A stretch of DNA of 64,000 nt from Candidatus Woesebacteria bacterium (GTDB lineage: Bacteria > Patescibacteriota > Microgenomatia > UBA8517), in assembly GCA_963716475.1 (NCBI GenBank), contig OY970314.1, forward strand, positions 138,479-202,478, given 5' to 3'. Positions 44,015-53,073 of this stretch are shown here, in pieces. Position 1 is the first letter of the stretch. Every line of letters starts with the position of its first letter. The notes beneath the pieces are model-generated. The model was not told where the DNA came from, made no database searches, and worked only from the letters and a program-made list of their open reading frames with translations. Made by a program: the position numbers and the translations under genes.

Positions 44015-45247
44015 ATGAGACAAACAGCTCTTTTCCCAAAAACCCGTAAGGAGTCTCCGAAAGATGCAGAAAGTATTAATCATAAACTTCTTGTACGTGG
44101 CGGATTTATCGATCAACTGATGTCAGGTAGCTGGACACTTCTTCCTTTGGGTCTTCGTGTGGTTACAAAAGTAAACCAGATTATCAGAGAAGAAATGAAT
44201 GCCATCGGGGGACAGGAAATGCTTATGCCGCTTCTGCATCCGAAAGAACTTTGGAGTGAAACCGGCAGATGGGATAAGGCCGATGAAATAATGTATAAGC
44301 TTACAGACAGCAGAAAAAAAGAGTACGTCCTTTCCTTTACTCATGAAGAAATTGTTATGGACCTTCTCAGAAAAAATATTACCAGTTATCAGGATCTACC
44401 GGTTGCTGTTTATCATTTCTCCACAAAATTCAGGAATGAGCCGAGAGCCAGGAGTGGAATTTTAAGAGGCCGTGAATTTATGATGAAGGATCTTTATTCG
44501 GCTCATGTGAGTGAGGAGGACATGATGGATTATTACGAAAAAGTTAAAGTGGCTTACGTAAAAATTTTTACCAGACTCGGATTTAATTTTAAAGTTGTTG
44601 AGGCAGCGGGTGGGGTATTTACCGATAAACACACTCACGAGTTTCAGGTTTTGGATGCCAACGGAGAAGATACTATTTTCGCGTGCGACAATTGCGATTA
44701 TGCCGTAAATAAGGAAATATTTGAGGGTAAGACAGGTGAGACATGCCCCAAATGCAAAAAGGGAAAGATTGAAGAATTGACCGGGCTCGTAGAGGTGGGA
44801 AACATATTTCCGCTCGGAACTTGGTATGCGGAAAGAATGAGGGTCTACTTTACGGACAAAGACGGCGGCAAAAAGCCGGTTTGGTTTGCAAGCTATGGAA
44901 TCGGGCCGACACGGGTTATGGGAACTTTGGTCGAAGTCAATCATGACGAAAAAGGAATTACCTGGCCGAAGTCTGTCGCTCCGTTTGATGCGCATCTGGT
45001 TGAACTTCCCGGAGCGAAAAATGCAAAGAAAATCTATGATGAACTTATTGAAAAAGGAATTGATGTTTTGTGGGATGATAGAGATGTTGGTCCAGGGGAA
45101 AAATTTGCAGATGCTGATTTAATAGGAAATCCGGTTCGCCTGGTTGTTTCAAGTAAATCTGCAGATAAGATCGAGTGGAAGGAAAGAACTTCAGAAAAGT
45201 CCGAACTCTTGAGCCTCGATGAAGTTTTGGGGAGGCTTAAAAAATAA
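44015..45247 (+). CDS. proS: Prolyl-tRNA synthetase, compact form lacking the INS editing domain and carrying a CxxC...CxxC insertion
   Basis: Class II motifs (FRNEPRARSGILRGREFMMKD), an anticodon-binding C-terminal domain, and CDNCDY...CPKCKKG. Confidence 0.75.
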   Translation: MRQTALFPKTRKESPKDAESINHKLLVRGGFIDQLMSGSWTLLPLGLRVVTKVNQIIREEMNAIGGQEMLMPLLHPKELWSETGRWDKADEIMYKLTDSRKKEYVLSFTHEEIVMDLLRKNITSYQDLPVAVYHFSTKFRNEPRARSGILRGREFMMKDLYSAHVSEEDMMDYYEKVKVAYVKIFTRLGFNFKVVEAAGGVFTDKHTHEFQVLDANGEDTIFACDNCDYAVNKEIFEGKTGETCPKCKKGKIEELTGLVEVGNIFPLGTWYAERMRVYFTDKDGGKKPVWFASYGIGPTRVMGTLVEVNHDEKGITWPKSVAPFDAHLVELPGAKNAKKIYDELIEKGIDVLWDDRDVGPGEKFADADLIGNPVRLVVSSKSADKIEWKERTSEKSELLSLDEVLGRLKK

Positions 45248-45568
45248 ATGGAAAATTGCGTATTTTGCAAGATTGTTAATGGTAAAATTCCATCAACTAT
45301 ATTAAAGGAAACAGACGATTTACTAGTAATTAATGATATAAACCCACAGGCTGATACCCATATTTTAATTTTTCCAAAGAGACATATTAAGGATATAACT
45401 GAGCTAGATGATTCTCTGTGGGTTGAAATAAAAAAATTAGGGTTGGAACTTGCAAGAGAAAGAGGTATAAATAACTTTAGATTAACAACAAATTCCGGTG
45501 ACGCGGCTGCGGTTCACCACATGCACATGCATTTATTAGCTGAAGTGCTGGCTGATCGAAAAATATGA
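45248..45568 (+). CDS. HIT-family (histidine triad) nucleotide hydrolase
   Basis: HHMHMHLL histidine triad. Confidence 0.8.
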   Translation: MENCVFCKIVNGKIPSTILKETDDLLVINDINPQADTHILIFPKRHIKDITELDDSLWVEIKKLGLELARERGINNFRLTTNSGDAAAVHHMHMHLLAEVLADRKI

Positions 45569-46002
45569 TATATCAAACTTTGCAGCAAAAAATCGGAGAG
45601 TCCATGAAGGCCCATGATGAAATTAGAACTTCAACCTTAAGACTTCTTCTATCCGCTCTTAATTACGAAAAAATCGATAAACAGCACGAGTTAACTGAAG
45701 AGGAAGAACAAGTTGTTATAAGGCGCGAGGCAAAAAAGAGGAAAGAGGCAATCGAGATGTATAAGAAAGCGGGAGCGGAAGACCGAGCGGCTAAAGAAGA
45801 AACCGAACTTGAAATTCTTCAGAAATATCTTCCTCCGGAAATGGGAGAAAAAGAATTAATTAAACTTGTTGACGAAGCAATTTCCCAGATTAAGCCCGTG
45901 TCCGTTGCCGATATGGGGAAAGTCATAGGATTTGTGAAAGGTAAAGCGCCTGGCGCTGACGGGGGTAAAATTGCAGAGATTGTAAAAGAGAAACTTTCTT
46001 AA
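45565..46002 (+). CDS. GatB/YqeY-domain protein
   Basis: YqeY-like N-terminus (LRLLLSALNYEKIDK) and length. Confidence 0.65.
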   Translation: MIYQTLQQKIGESMKAHDEIRTSTLRLLLSALNYEKIDKQHELTEEEEQVVIRREAKKRKEAIEMYKKAGAEDRAAKEETELEILQKYLPPEMGEKELIKLVDEAISQIKPVSVADMGKVIGFVKGKAPGADGGKIAEIVKEKLS

Positions 46003-46010
46003 AGTATCTA

Positions 46011-46397
46011 ATGATTAAAGTCTTCGTAACCAAACAGTCGAATTATCCAGTTAGAGTTCTGGATATTAAAAAGAAATTAGTCGTGTTTTTGGCTAAAAAT
46101 GGCATTGTTTCGGACGCCGAAGTAACTGTAGCGATAATAGGCGAAAAGAAGATGTCGGAAATTGGAAATAAATACTTAAAGGACAAAAAGCTTCATAATG
46201 TGCTGTCTTTTGTACCTAATGAGGTGAAGGGTGGATTTGTATACCCCCCTGATGGAAGAATTCATTTGGGGGAAATTATTATTTGCTATCCATTAGCGGT
46301 TAAGGAAGCAGAAGAGGAAAATGTTTTAATAGACGAAAGGGTTTATGAACTAGTTGAGCACGGGGCATTGCATTTATTGGGAATTCACCATGAATGA
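46011..46397 (+). CDS. ybeY: rRNA maturation endoribonuclease YbeY
   Basis: HGALHLLGIHHE zinc-binding motif at the C-terminus. Confidence 0.75.
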   Translation: MIKVFVTKQSNYPVRVLDIKKKLVVFLAKNGIVSDAEVTVAIIGEKKMSEIGNKYLKDKKLHNVLSFVPNEVKGGFVYPPDGRIHLGEIIICYPLAVKEAEEENVLIDERVYELVEHGALHLLGIHHE

Positions 46398-46418
46398 AAT
46401 AATGGCGGGCTCTGCTTA

Positions 46419-47960
46419 TTGCGAAGAATGACACTTTATCTTAAATACCGGCCGAAAAATTTGGACGAGCTTGACCTTAAGGATGTTAGTGAATCTCTCA
46501 AAAAAATATTGTCAAAAGGTTCGATGCCGCACGCGTTTCTTTTTGCAGGGCCAAAGGGAACAGGTAAAACTTCGGCGGCGAGAATATTAGCAAAAATGGT
46601 AAATTGCGAGTCAAAAAGTCCTCCGTGTGGAAAATGTCAACAATGTACATCAATTGATAATGGGAATAATTTGGATGTTATAGAAATGGATGCTGCAAGT
46701 CATCGGGGAATCGACGATGTCAGAATCTTGCGGGATGCAGTTAAACTTGCGCCGGTTTCTGCAAAGAAAAAGATTTATATTATTGATGAGGCCCACATGT
46801 TGACTACGGAGGCGAGTAATGCCCTTCTTAAAACACTGGAAGAACCACCCGAACATGTAATTTTTATTTTGGCGACAACGAATCCCGAGAAATTGATTGA
46901 CACAATTAAATCACGTACTACTTATATTCCTTTCAGGAAGGCAAACCCCACTGAAATTGTGCAGTCTCTCAAAAGGGCCATCTTAGGCGAAAAAATAAAA
47001 ATGGATGAGGAAACGCTCTCCGTTATTGCAGATGCCTCAGACGGATCTTTCCGGGATGCTATAAAAATTTTGGAGCAACTTGTTGCCGAAGAGAGACAAC
47101 TTTCAAAAGAATTTCTGGAGGAGTTTCTCTTCAAGAAAAAGGCATTTAATTTAGACACTTTTACAATCCTTTTGATTAAAAAAGATGTAAAAAGTTTAAT
47201 TGAAGAAATCGGCAAATTTGATGCGAAAGGGGTAACAGTCGAAAACTTTCTGGAATCTCTTCTTAGAAAATTACGCAGATCGCTTTTGGCGAAAGTTGGT
47301 AGCGGAGTTGATGAAATAGAAGATTTGGACAAAGCTGGATTAATTAATCTGATTGAACTCCTGGAGGAAGCCTCGAAAGAAGCCGCTGACTCATTAATTG
47401 AAGAATTACCTTTGGAAATTGCGGTTATAAAGTGGTGTGAGCAAGTGGAAGATAATCGGCCGCAGTTCACTCACTTGAAGCAAAACTCGTCTGTCGCCGG
47501 AGGTGACACCGGTTCTGGTAGTTTCCGCTCAGAGACTTCAGCTACCCGGAAGCTGACTCAGACGGTTGCTTCTGGCGTTCGTGAACCTACGGCCGCTTCT
47601 GAAGCGTGTGGAGAAGTGGTAAATGATGGTGTCTGGAAAGACATATTGGCATTGATTAAGCCGATTAATGCCTCAATCGAGGCACTTCTAAGAGCTGCAA
47701 AGCCAATGGCTTATGATGGTAAAGTTCTTACATTGGGAGTTTATTACAAGTTTCATAAAGAAAGACTTGAGGATGCGCATCACAGGAAAATCTTAGAGGA
47801 TGCGGTGGCGAAAGTTTTGCTGTCCCCGACAAAAGTGGTATGTACATTAGTTGACCCACCGCCGAGGAAAATTGTTGAAGAAATAAAGGTAGAAGCGGTT
47901 TTGACGGAAGGCAAAGATAAAGATATAATCAAAGCTGCAGAGGAAATTTTTGGATCTTAA
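46419..47960 (+). CDS. dnaX: DNA polymerase III subunit gamma/tau
   Basis: LKYRPKNLDEL and the AAA+ P-loop GPKGTGKTS. Conserved dnaX-ybaB-recR order. Confidence 0.85.
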   Translation: MRRMTLYLKYRPKNLDELDLKDVSESLKKILSKGSMPHAFLFAGPKGTGKTSAARILAKMVNCESKSPPCGKCQQCTSIDNGNNLDVIEMDAASHRGIDDVRILRDAVKLAPVSAKKKIYIIDEAHMLTTEASNALLKTLEEPPEHVIFILATTNPEKLIDTIKSRTTYIPFRKANPTEIVQSLKRAILGEKIKMDEETLSVIADASDGSFRDAIKILEQLVAEERQLSKEFLEEFLFKKKAFNLDTFTILLIKKDVKSLIEEIGKFDAKGVTVENFLESLLRKLRRSLLAKVGSGVDEIEDLDKAGLINLIELLEEASKEAADSLIEELPLEIAVIKWCEQVEDNRPQFTHLKQNSSVAGGDTGSGSFRSETSATRKLTQTVASGVREPTAASEACGEVVNDGVWKDILALIKPINASIEALLRAAKPMAYDGKVLTLGVYYKFHKERLEDAHHRKILEDAVAKVLLSPTKVVCTLVDPPPRKIVEEIKVEAVLTEGKDKDIIKAAEEIFGS

Positions 47961-47964
47961 TTAA

Positions 47965-48252
47965 ATGTTTGACAAATTTAAACAATTAGGGGAACTCGCC
48001 AAAATGCGGCAGAAGGCCATGGAGCTTCAAAAAGAGCTCGAAAAGATTATTAAGACTGATGAAAAACATGGTTATTCTGTTTCTGTCACGGGGGATCAGA
48101 AAATCCGTTATATTAAAAAAGGTGAGGAGGATATGAAAGAGCTGACGGACCTTATAAACGATCTAATGAAAGACGTTCAAAAAGAATCAGCCAAAAAAAT
48201 GATGGAGATGGGAGGAGGGTTAGGCGGTCTTCTAGGTGGTTTGGGTAAATGA
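47965..48252 (+). CDS. ybaB: Nucleoid-associated protein YbaB/EbfC
   Basis: 95 aa with a Gly-rich C-terminus. Conserved position. Confidence 0.7.
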   Translation: MFDKFKQLGELAKMRQKAMELQKELEKIIKTDEKHGYSVSVTGDQKIRYIKKGEEDMKELTDLINDLMKDVQKESAKKMMEMGGGLGGLLGGLGK

Positions 48253-48857
48253 AAATAGCACGGCCGATAGCGGCACTGATTGAATCTTTCCAGAAGCTTC
48301 CCGGAATTGGACCAAAGAGTGCCCAAAGACTTACCTACTATTTGCTTCATGTTCCGCAAGCTGAGTTGGATGATTTTGCCGAGTCGGTTTCCCGATTAAA
48401 GAAAGATACAGTCCTTTGTTCAGTTTGTAAAAACGTGAGCGAGACCGACCCTTGTCCTATTTGTTCCGATACAATTCGCGATCACGCGATAATTATGGTG
48501 GTAGAGCAACCTCTCGATATTTTGGCGTTTGAAAAAACGGGAAGGTTTAAGGGTGTTTATCATGTTTTGCACGGAGCGATTAGCCCCTTGGATAATATCG
48601 GACCGGACGAAATTTATGTTCAAGCATTGTTTGAACGGGTAAGAGGTAAAGCGACGGTTAAGGAGATAATAGTGGCCACAAATCCGACAATGGAAGGAGA
48701 AGCCACTTCGATGTACCTTCTAAAGAAATTAAAATTTGATAATCCAAAATTGAAAATTACCCGCTTGGGGATGGGAATTCCGACGGGAGCTGACTTGGAA
48801 TATGCCGATGAGGTAACATTAACTCAGGCGCTGGAAGGGCGCAGAGAACTAACTTAA
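48249..48857 (+). CDS. recR: Recombination protein RecR
   Basis: Helix-hairpin-helix LPGIGPKSAQRL, Cys4 (CSVCKN...CPIC), and Toprim. Confidence 0.9.
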   Translation: MKIARPIAALIESFQKLPGIGPKSAQRLTYYLLHVPQAELDDFAESVSRLKKDTVLCSVCKNVSETDPCPICSDTIRDHAIIMVVEQPLDILAFEKTGRFKGVYHVLHGAISPLDNIGPDEIYVQALFERVRGKATVKEIIVATNPTMEGEATSMYLLKKLKFDNPKLKITRLGMGIPTGADLEYADEVTLTQALEGRRELT

Positions 48858-48863
48858 TAAGAT

Positions 48864-49406
48864 ATGAATACTGCCAAACAGGCGGGGCAGTCGGCCCGCG
48901 ATATTGCCCAAAAAGTTGCCAAACAAATGGCCCGGGAGCCCTTGGAGGTTCTTAAAAAGGCTGAAAGCCAAGTTACCGGAATTGAAACACAAAAATTTCA
49001 GGAAGGCGTATCCCAAAACCAAGACTCTGAGACTCAGGCAAAAGTTATCCAGCACCAAAACGAACTTCAAGATAAGATCAAGTCAGGTCGGAGAATGGAA
49101 GCCTTAAACCAAGAAATTAAGGACATTCATAAACAGGATTTATTTAAAGATCTCCAAAATAAAATTGCACAAGGAATAGAAGTTCCAATTGCGGATCATA
49201 CGGAACTTTCAATGGAACAAAAACAAGTATTAATGGCTCAACAGGAAGCGTATAAAAATCAAAAATCTAGAATGGAAGATCAAAATGCACTTGCTGAGGT
49301 TCCGGCAATTCACTCCAAGCCGAGCAGAAGATTTGGTGCCGGGCAAAAACAGGAGGCGGAGAAGCAGCAAACCCGTGTAGAAAAGCCGGTTCCTCCGTCG
49401 GGATAA
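48864..49406 (+). CDS. Hypothetical Gln/Glu/Lys-rich, probably coiled-coil protein
   Basis: ORF with low-complexity polar composition. Confidence 0.4.
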   Translation: MNTAKQAGQSARDIAQKVAKQMAREPLEVLKKAESQVTGIETQKFQEGVSQNQDSETQAKVIQHQNELQDKIKSGRRMEALNQEIKDIHKQDLFKDLQNKIAQGIEVPIADHTELSMEQKQVLMAQQEAYKNQKSRMEDQNALAEVPAIHSKPSRRFGAGQKQEAEKQQTRVEKPVPPSG

Positions 49407-49421
49407 TCTGATACAATAGCC

Positions 49422-50819
49422 TTGATGGATATTTTTCTTACAAATTCTTTAACCCGAAAAAAGAAAAAGTTTGAGGCGATAAATCCTCCGGATGTCGGAA
49501 TATATACCTGTGGAATGACTGTTTACGACTACGCTCATATCGGTCATGGCAGAAAGTATGTTATGGACGACATTCTTAAGAGAGTTCTTAAGGCAAACGG
49601 CTACAAAGTTAAGCACGTTCAGAATGTTACTGATGTTGGACATTTGGTTTCGGATGCTGATGAGGGGGAGGACAAACTGGAAAAAGGTGCAGTCAAACAG
49701 GGCAAAACGGTTTGGGAAGTCGCCGAGTTTTTCACCAAAAATTTCTATGAGTCTATGGATAAACTTAATATCATTAGACCCGATATTATCTGTAAAGCCA
49801 CCGATCATATTAAAGAACAAATTGAATTGGTGCAGAGATTGGTGGATAAAGGGTTTGCCTACGACACCCCTGAGGCGGTTTATTTTGATATTGCCAAATT
49901 TCCGAGGTATGGTGAAGCCTTCGGCCAGAAACTTGAGGAGAAAAAAGTTGCCGTAAGAAGCGAAGTTAAAACAGGGGAGTATAAAAAGAATCCTGCCGAT
50001 TTTGCACTTTGGTTTAAAAGGGTCGGCAGATTTGAAAATCATACCATGCATTGGAGTAGTCCTTGGGGCGACGGTTTTCCGGGTTGGCATATCGAGTGTT
50101 CCGCAATGAGCATCAAATATTTGGGAGACCAAATTGATATTCATACGGGGGGGGAAGACCACTTGAGTGTTCATCATCCAAACGAAATTGCACAAAGCGA
50201 GGCGGCAACGGGCAAGGTTCCATTCGTAAAGTATTGGCTGCATACGGCGTTTCTAATGGTTGACGGAAAGAAGATGAGTAAAAGCCTGAAGAATTTTTAC
50301 ACAGTGCAAGATGTAGTGAAAAAAGGTTTCGATCCGCTTGCTCTCAGGTATCTTTACCTCGGAGCTCACTATCGCGATCCTTTAAATTTCACTTGGGATT
50401 CACTGGGGGCTTCTCAAACCGCGCTTTTGAAGCTTAAGTCTCAGGTCGTGAATCTCAAATCTCAAAACAACAGAACGATTCTTTCTGAGGATAAGCAAAG
50501 TAAAATTGACGAATATAGGGATAAGTTTATGGGAGCCATTAATGATGATTTGAATACATCAGAAGCTTTAGCTGTATTGTGGGAAATGTTGGGAAGCAAC
50601 ATCCCCTCGGCGGATAAATACGATCTGGCTATGAATTTTGATGAAATTCTCGGACTAAATTTGGGGGAGATGAAGATTGTCGAAATTCCGGAAAATATCA
50701 AAAACCTAATCAAAGAGAGAGAAAAACTTCGTTCTGAAGGAAAGTATGCGGAAGCGGATAAAATCAGAAGGCAAATTCAAAAGCTTGGCTTTAGTGTCTC
50801 CGACAAATCCCTTAAATGA
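49422..50819 (+). CDS. cysS: Cysteinyl-tRNA synthetase
   Basis: HIGHGR and KMSKS motifs, plus the Zn-binding Cys of CysRS. Confidence 0.9.
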   Translation: MMDIFLTNSLTRKKKKFEAINPPDVGIYTCGMTVYDYAHIGHGRKYVMDDILKRVLKANGYKVKHVQNVTDVGHLVSDADEGEDKLEKGAVKQGKTVWEVAEFFTKNFYESMDKLNIIRPDIICKATDHIKEQIELVQRLVDKGFAYDTPEAVYFDIAKFPRYGEAFGQKLEEKKVAVRSEVKTGEYKKNPADFALWFKRVGRFENHTMHWSSPWGDGFPGWHIECSAMSIKYLGDQIDIHTGGEDHLSVHHPNEIAQSEAATGKVPFVKYWLHTAFLMVDGKKMSKSLKNFYTVQDVVKKGFDPLALRYLYLGAHYRDPLNFTWDSLGASQTALLKLKSQVVNLKSQNNRTILSEDKQSKIDEYRDKFMGAINDDLNTSEALAVLWEMLGSNIPSADKYDLAMNFDEILGLNLGEMKIVEIPENIKNLIKEREKLRSEGKYAEADKIRRQIQKLGFSVSDKSLK

Positions 50820-51463
50820 AGATCTCCGCGGTAATTTTTGATTTAGACGGAACATTGATTGATACAGAGGATCAGTGGGGACTGGCTTTTGTCGAGGTCT
50901 TAAAAAAACTTGGGAAAGATGTTACCGATAAACATCCTGAAGTGTTTGGTGCACCCATGGAAGACAGTTGGCCGATGCTTCTTAGGAAATACCGGATTAA
51001 AACGGGTAAAACAACAGATGAACTTGTGAACATGACCTACAAGGAATATGTGAAGCAGTTACCGGGGATATCGCTAATGAATGGCGCCGGTGATTTTCTC
51101 AATGATCTTAAAGATAGCGGATTGAAGTTGGGATTGGTTACAAATTGCGAGTGGTGGGTGGTTGATAAGGTTTTTGATAACCTGGATCTTAACGGCGTTT
51201 TTAATGCGATCGTTACGGGAGAAGAAACACCGCTCCCAAAACCGTCCCCACAGTCGTTATTATTAGCTGCCGATAAACTTGGAGAACTTTCGGAAAATTG
51301 CCTTGTGATAGGAGATTCTCCAACTGATGTTGAGGCCGCTCAAAATGCTGAAATGAAGGTTGCTATTATTGATACGACCGGAGAGAAAGAAAATATTGAA
51401 AAGGCGGACTTGGTGGTCGGAAGGTTTTCCGAAATTACAGTAAAAGCGATAGAGAAGTTGTGA
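50816..51463 (+). CDS. HAD-superfamily hydrolase (beta-phosphoglucomutase / phosphatase-like)
   Basis: VIFDLDGTLIDTE motif I and GDSPTDVEAA motif IV. Confidence 0.75.
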   Translation: MKISAVIFDLDGTLIDTEDQWGLAFVEVLKKLGKDVTDKHPEVFGAPMEDSWPMLLRKYRIKTGKTTDELVNMTYKEYVKQLPGISLMNGAGDFLNDLKDSGLKLGLVTNCEWWVVDKVFDNLDLNGVFNAIVTGEETPLPKPSPQSLLLAADKLGELSENCLVIGDSPTDVEAAQNAEMKVAIIDTTGEKENIEKADLVVGRFSEITVKAIEKL

Positions 51464-51494
51464 AATAGTTATTTAATGCAATATAATTAAATGC

Positions 51495-52133
51495 ATGCCA
51501 AATCAAAATCCTTCAACGTCTCCCTTTGAGATAGTCTCAGGTAAGAAGCCCAGAAGAATTGGTACCCGCACAATTGTGATTACGATATGCGTTGTTGTCT
51601 TTTTAATCTTGGCCGTAGTCGCGGGGGTACTTTTGGTCCGCCAGCAACAGAATATTCAAGAGAAAGCGTCGGGAAGTCTGTGTCCGGCGGCTGCAGCATG
51701 TCCGGTTTCAGGACAACCCGATTTACTAAGGAGTTGTAATATCGTTAATGCTGATGGCACTCCGCAGGAAGTAAGCTGTTCGAATACAGGGAATGTGGGA
51801 CAGATATCACCCTGTGGTCCTCTGAGTTTTTGTTGCCCCTCCCTAGGAGCGTCTTGGACGACAGATTTGACTTTGTGTACACTGCCTTCACCAACACCGA
51901 TCGCTACCCCTGATCTTACGCCAACTCCAATTGCTACGTTTACTCCTATACCCGAAGGTCAGGGATCAGGCCCGACAGACGGTGAGTTTGCAACTTCTGC
52001 TACCACTTCTGCTACACCGACCGCTTTGGCAACCCCGAGGGAGATTCCCGTAACCGGAACCGACTGGCCTACTATTTTGGGAGCGGGAATAGGTGCAGCT
52101 GCAATTATCGGAGCAATACTTCTGGCTATCTGA
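51495..52133 (+). CDS. Cell-surface protein: signal-anchor, 10-Cys module, Pro/Thr linker, C-terminal IPVTG plus hydrophobic segment
   Basis: Domain order read directly from the translation. Confidence 0.5.
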   Translation: MPNQNPSTSPFEIVSGKKPRRIGTRTIVITICVVVFLILAVVAGVLLVRQQQNIQEKASGSLCPAAAACPVSGQPDLLRSCNIVNADGTPQEVSCSNTGNVGQISPCGPLSFCCPSLGASWTTDLTLCTLPSPTPIATPDLTPTPIATFTPIPEGQGSGPTDGEFATSATTSATPTALATPREIPVTGTDWPTILGAGIGAAAIIGAILLAI

Positions 52134-52156
52134 AAGTCCTGAGTTCTAGCGAAGGA

Positions 52157-52477
52157 CTAGAGAGAAATTTTCTTAAGAGAAAACTTATTGACAACAATTC
52201 CTATGTGATCGATTAGTGGAAAGTGGCTTCTAATTTCTTCCTGGAATTTTTCTGCAAGATTTGCAGTATATGTTCCAAAACCGGCTTTCTCGGATTGTTT
52301 GCAAAGTCTATCTTCCCATTCATGAATAATTTTTAGTATAGCTTCACCTTCCTTGTTGAACTCGTTCTGATTATTGTCCTGATCGATGGAATATTCAAAA
52401 TGTGCTTGGGTAAATTTACCAAACGCCTCCTTATTTTCTGAAACCATTTTATCGAAATATTCCTTGTACTTGGTCAT
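52157..52477 (-). CDS. Hypothetical 106-aa protein
   Basis: ORF only. Confidence 0.35.
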   Translation of the reverse strand: MTKYKEYFDKMVSENKEAFGKFTQAHFEYSIDQDNNQNEFNKEGEAILKIIHEWEDRLCKQSEKAGFGTYTANLAEKFQEEIRSHFPLIDHIGIVVNKFSLKKISL

Positions 52478-52626
52478 CTAGAGATTTTGTCGGAAAAATT
52501 AGTCAAAATCAACCCTTGATTTTAAATTTGGATTTTATCGAGAATATGTATATCGATATGACTACTAATTCTATTGACAAATATTAGTTAAGTAGCTAAA
52601 CTATTCTCTTCGAGGAAAACCCAAAT

Positions 52627-53073
52627 ATGTTTCAAAGAAAGCCGGTAATCGAATCTATTGTCAATAATCTACAGTCAATAAAGCGGGTTTTGGCCAGTGG
52701 GGGTCACACAATAAATAAAGGTCTGGGAATTACAATGACCCAGGCAAATGTTTTATTTCTTATTAAGCACAAAGGTACGATGAATGTAACTGAAATTGCC
52801 AATGATCTGGGTGTGACGAAAAGTGCCGCAACTCAATTGATTGATGGCCTTGTCAGGCAAAATTTTTTAGCGCGTGAGACGGATATGGAGGACCACCGAA
52901 TTTTAAAGATAAATCTTTCAGACGCAAGTCATAAGCGAATCGCGAACCTTCGCGGGAAAACAGTAAAGATGCTCTCTGCTAAATTCGACATACTTAGTGA
53001 TAAAGAACTGGTTAGCTTGGCAAAAATCACACAGAAACTGTTGGAAAACAATAATGGGGTAAAAGAATGTTGA
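52627..53073 (+). CDS. MarR-family transcriptional regulator
   Basis: Winged-helix region MNVTEIANDLGVTKSAATQLIDGLV. Confidence 0.75.
   Translation: MFQRKPVIESIVNNLQSIKRVLASGGHTINKGLGITMTQANVLFLIKHKGTMNVTEIANDLGVTKSAATQLIDGLVRQNFLARETDMEDHRILKINLSDASHKRIANLRGKTVKMLSAKFDILSDKELVSLAKITQKLLENNNGVKEC

Noticed and set aside
46922-47470. 182-aa minus-strand ORF inside dnaX
   Set aside because: Antisense to the dnaX AAA+ region; Ser-rich low complexity.
49449-50243. 264-aa minus-strand ORF inside cysS
   Set aside because: Antisense to CysRS, which has HIGH and KMSKS motifs; a shadow ORF.
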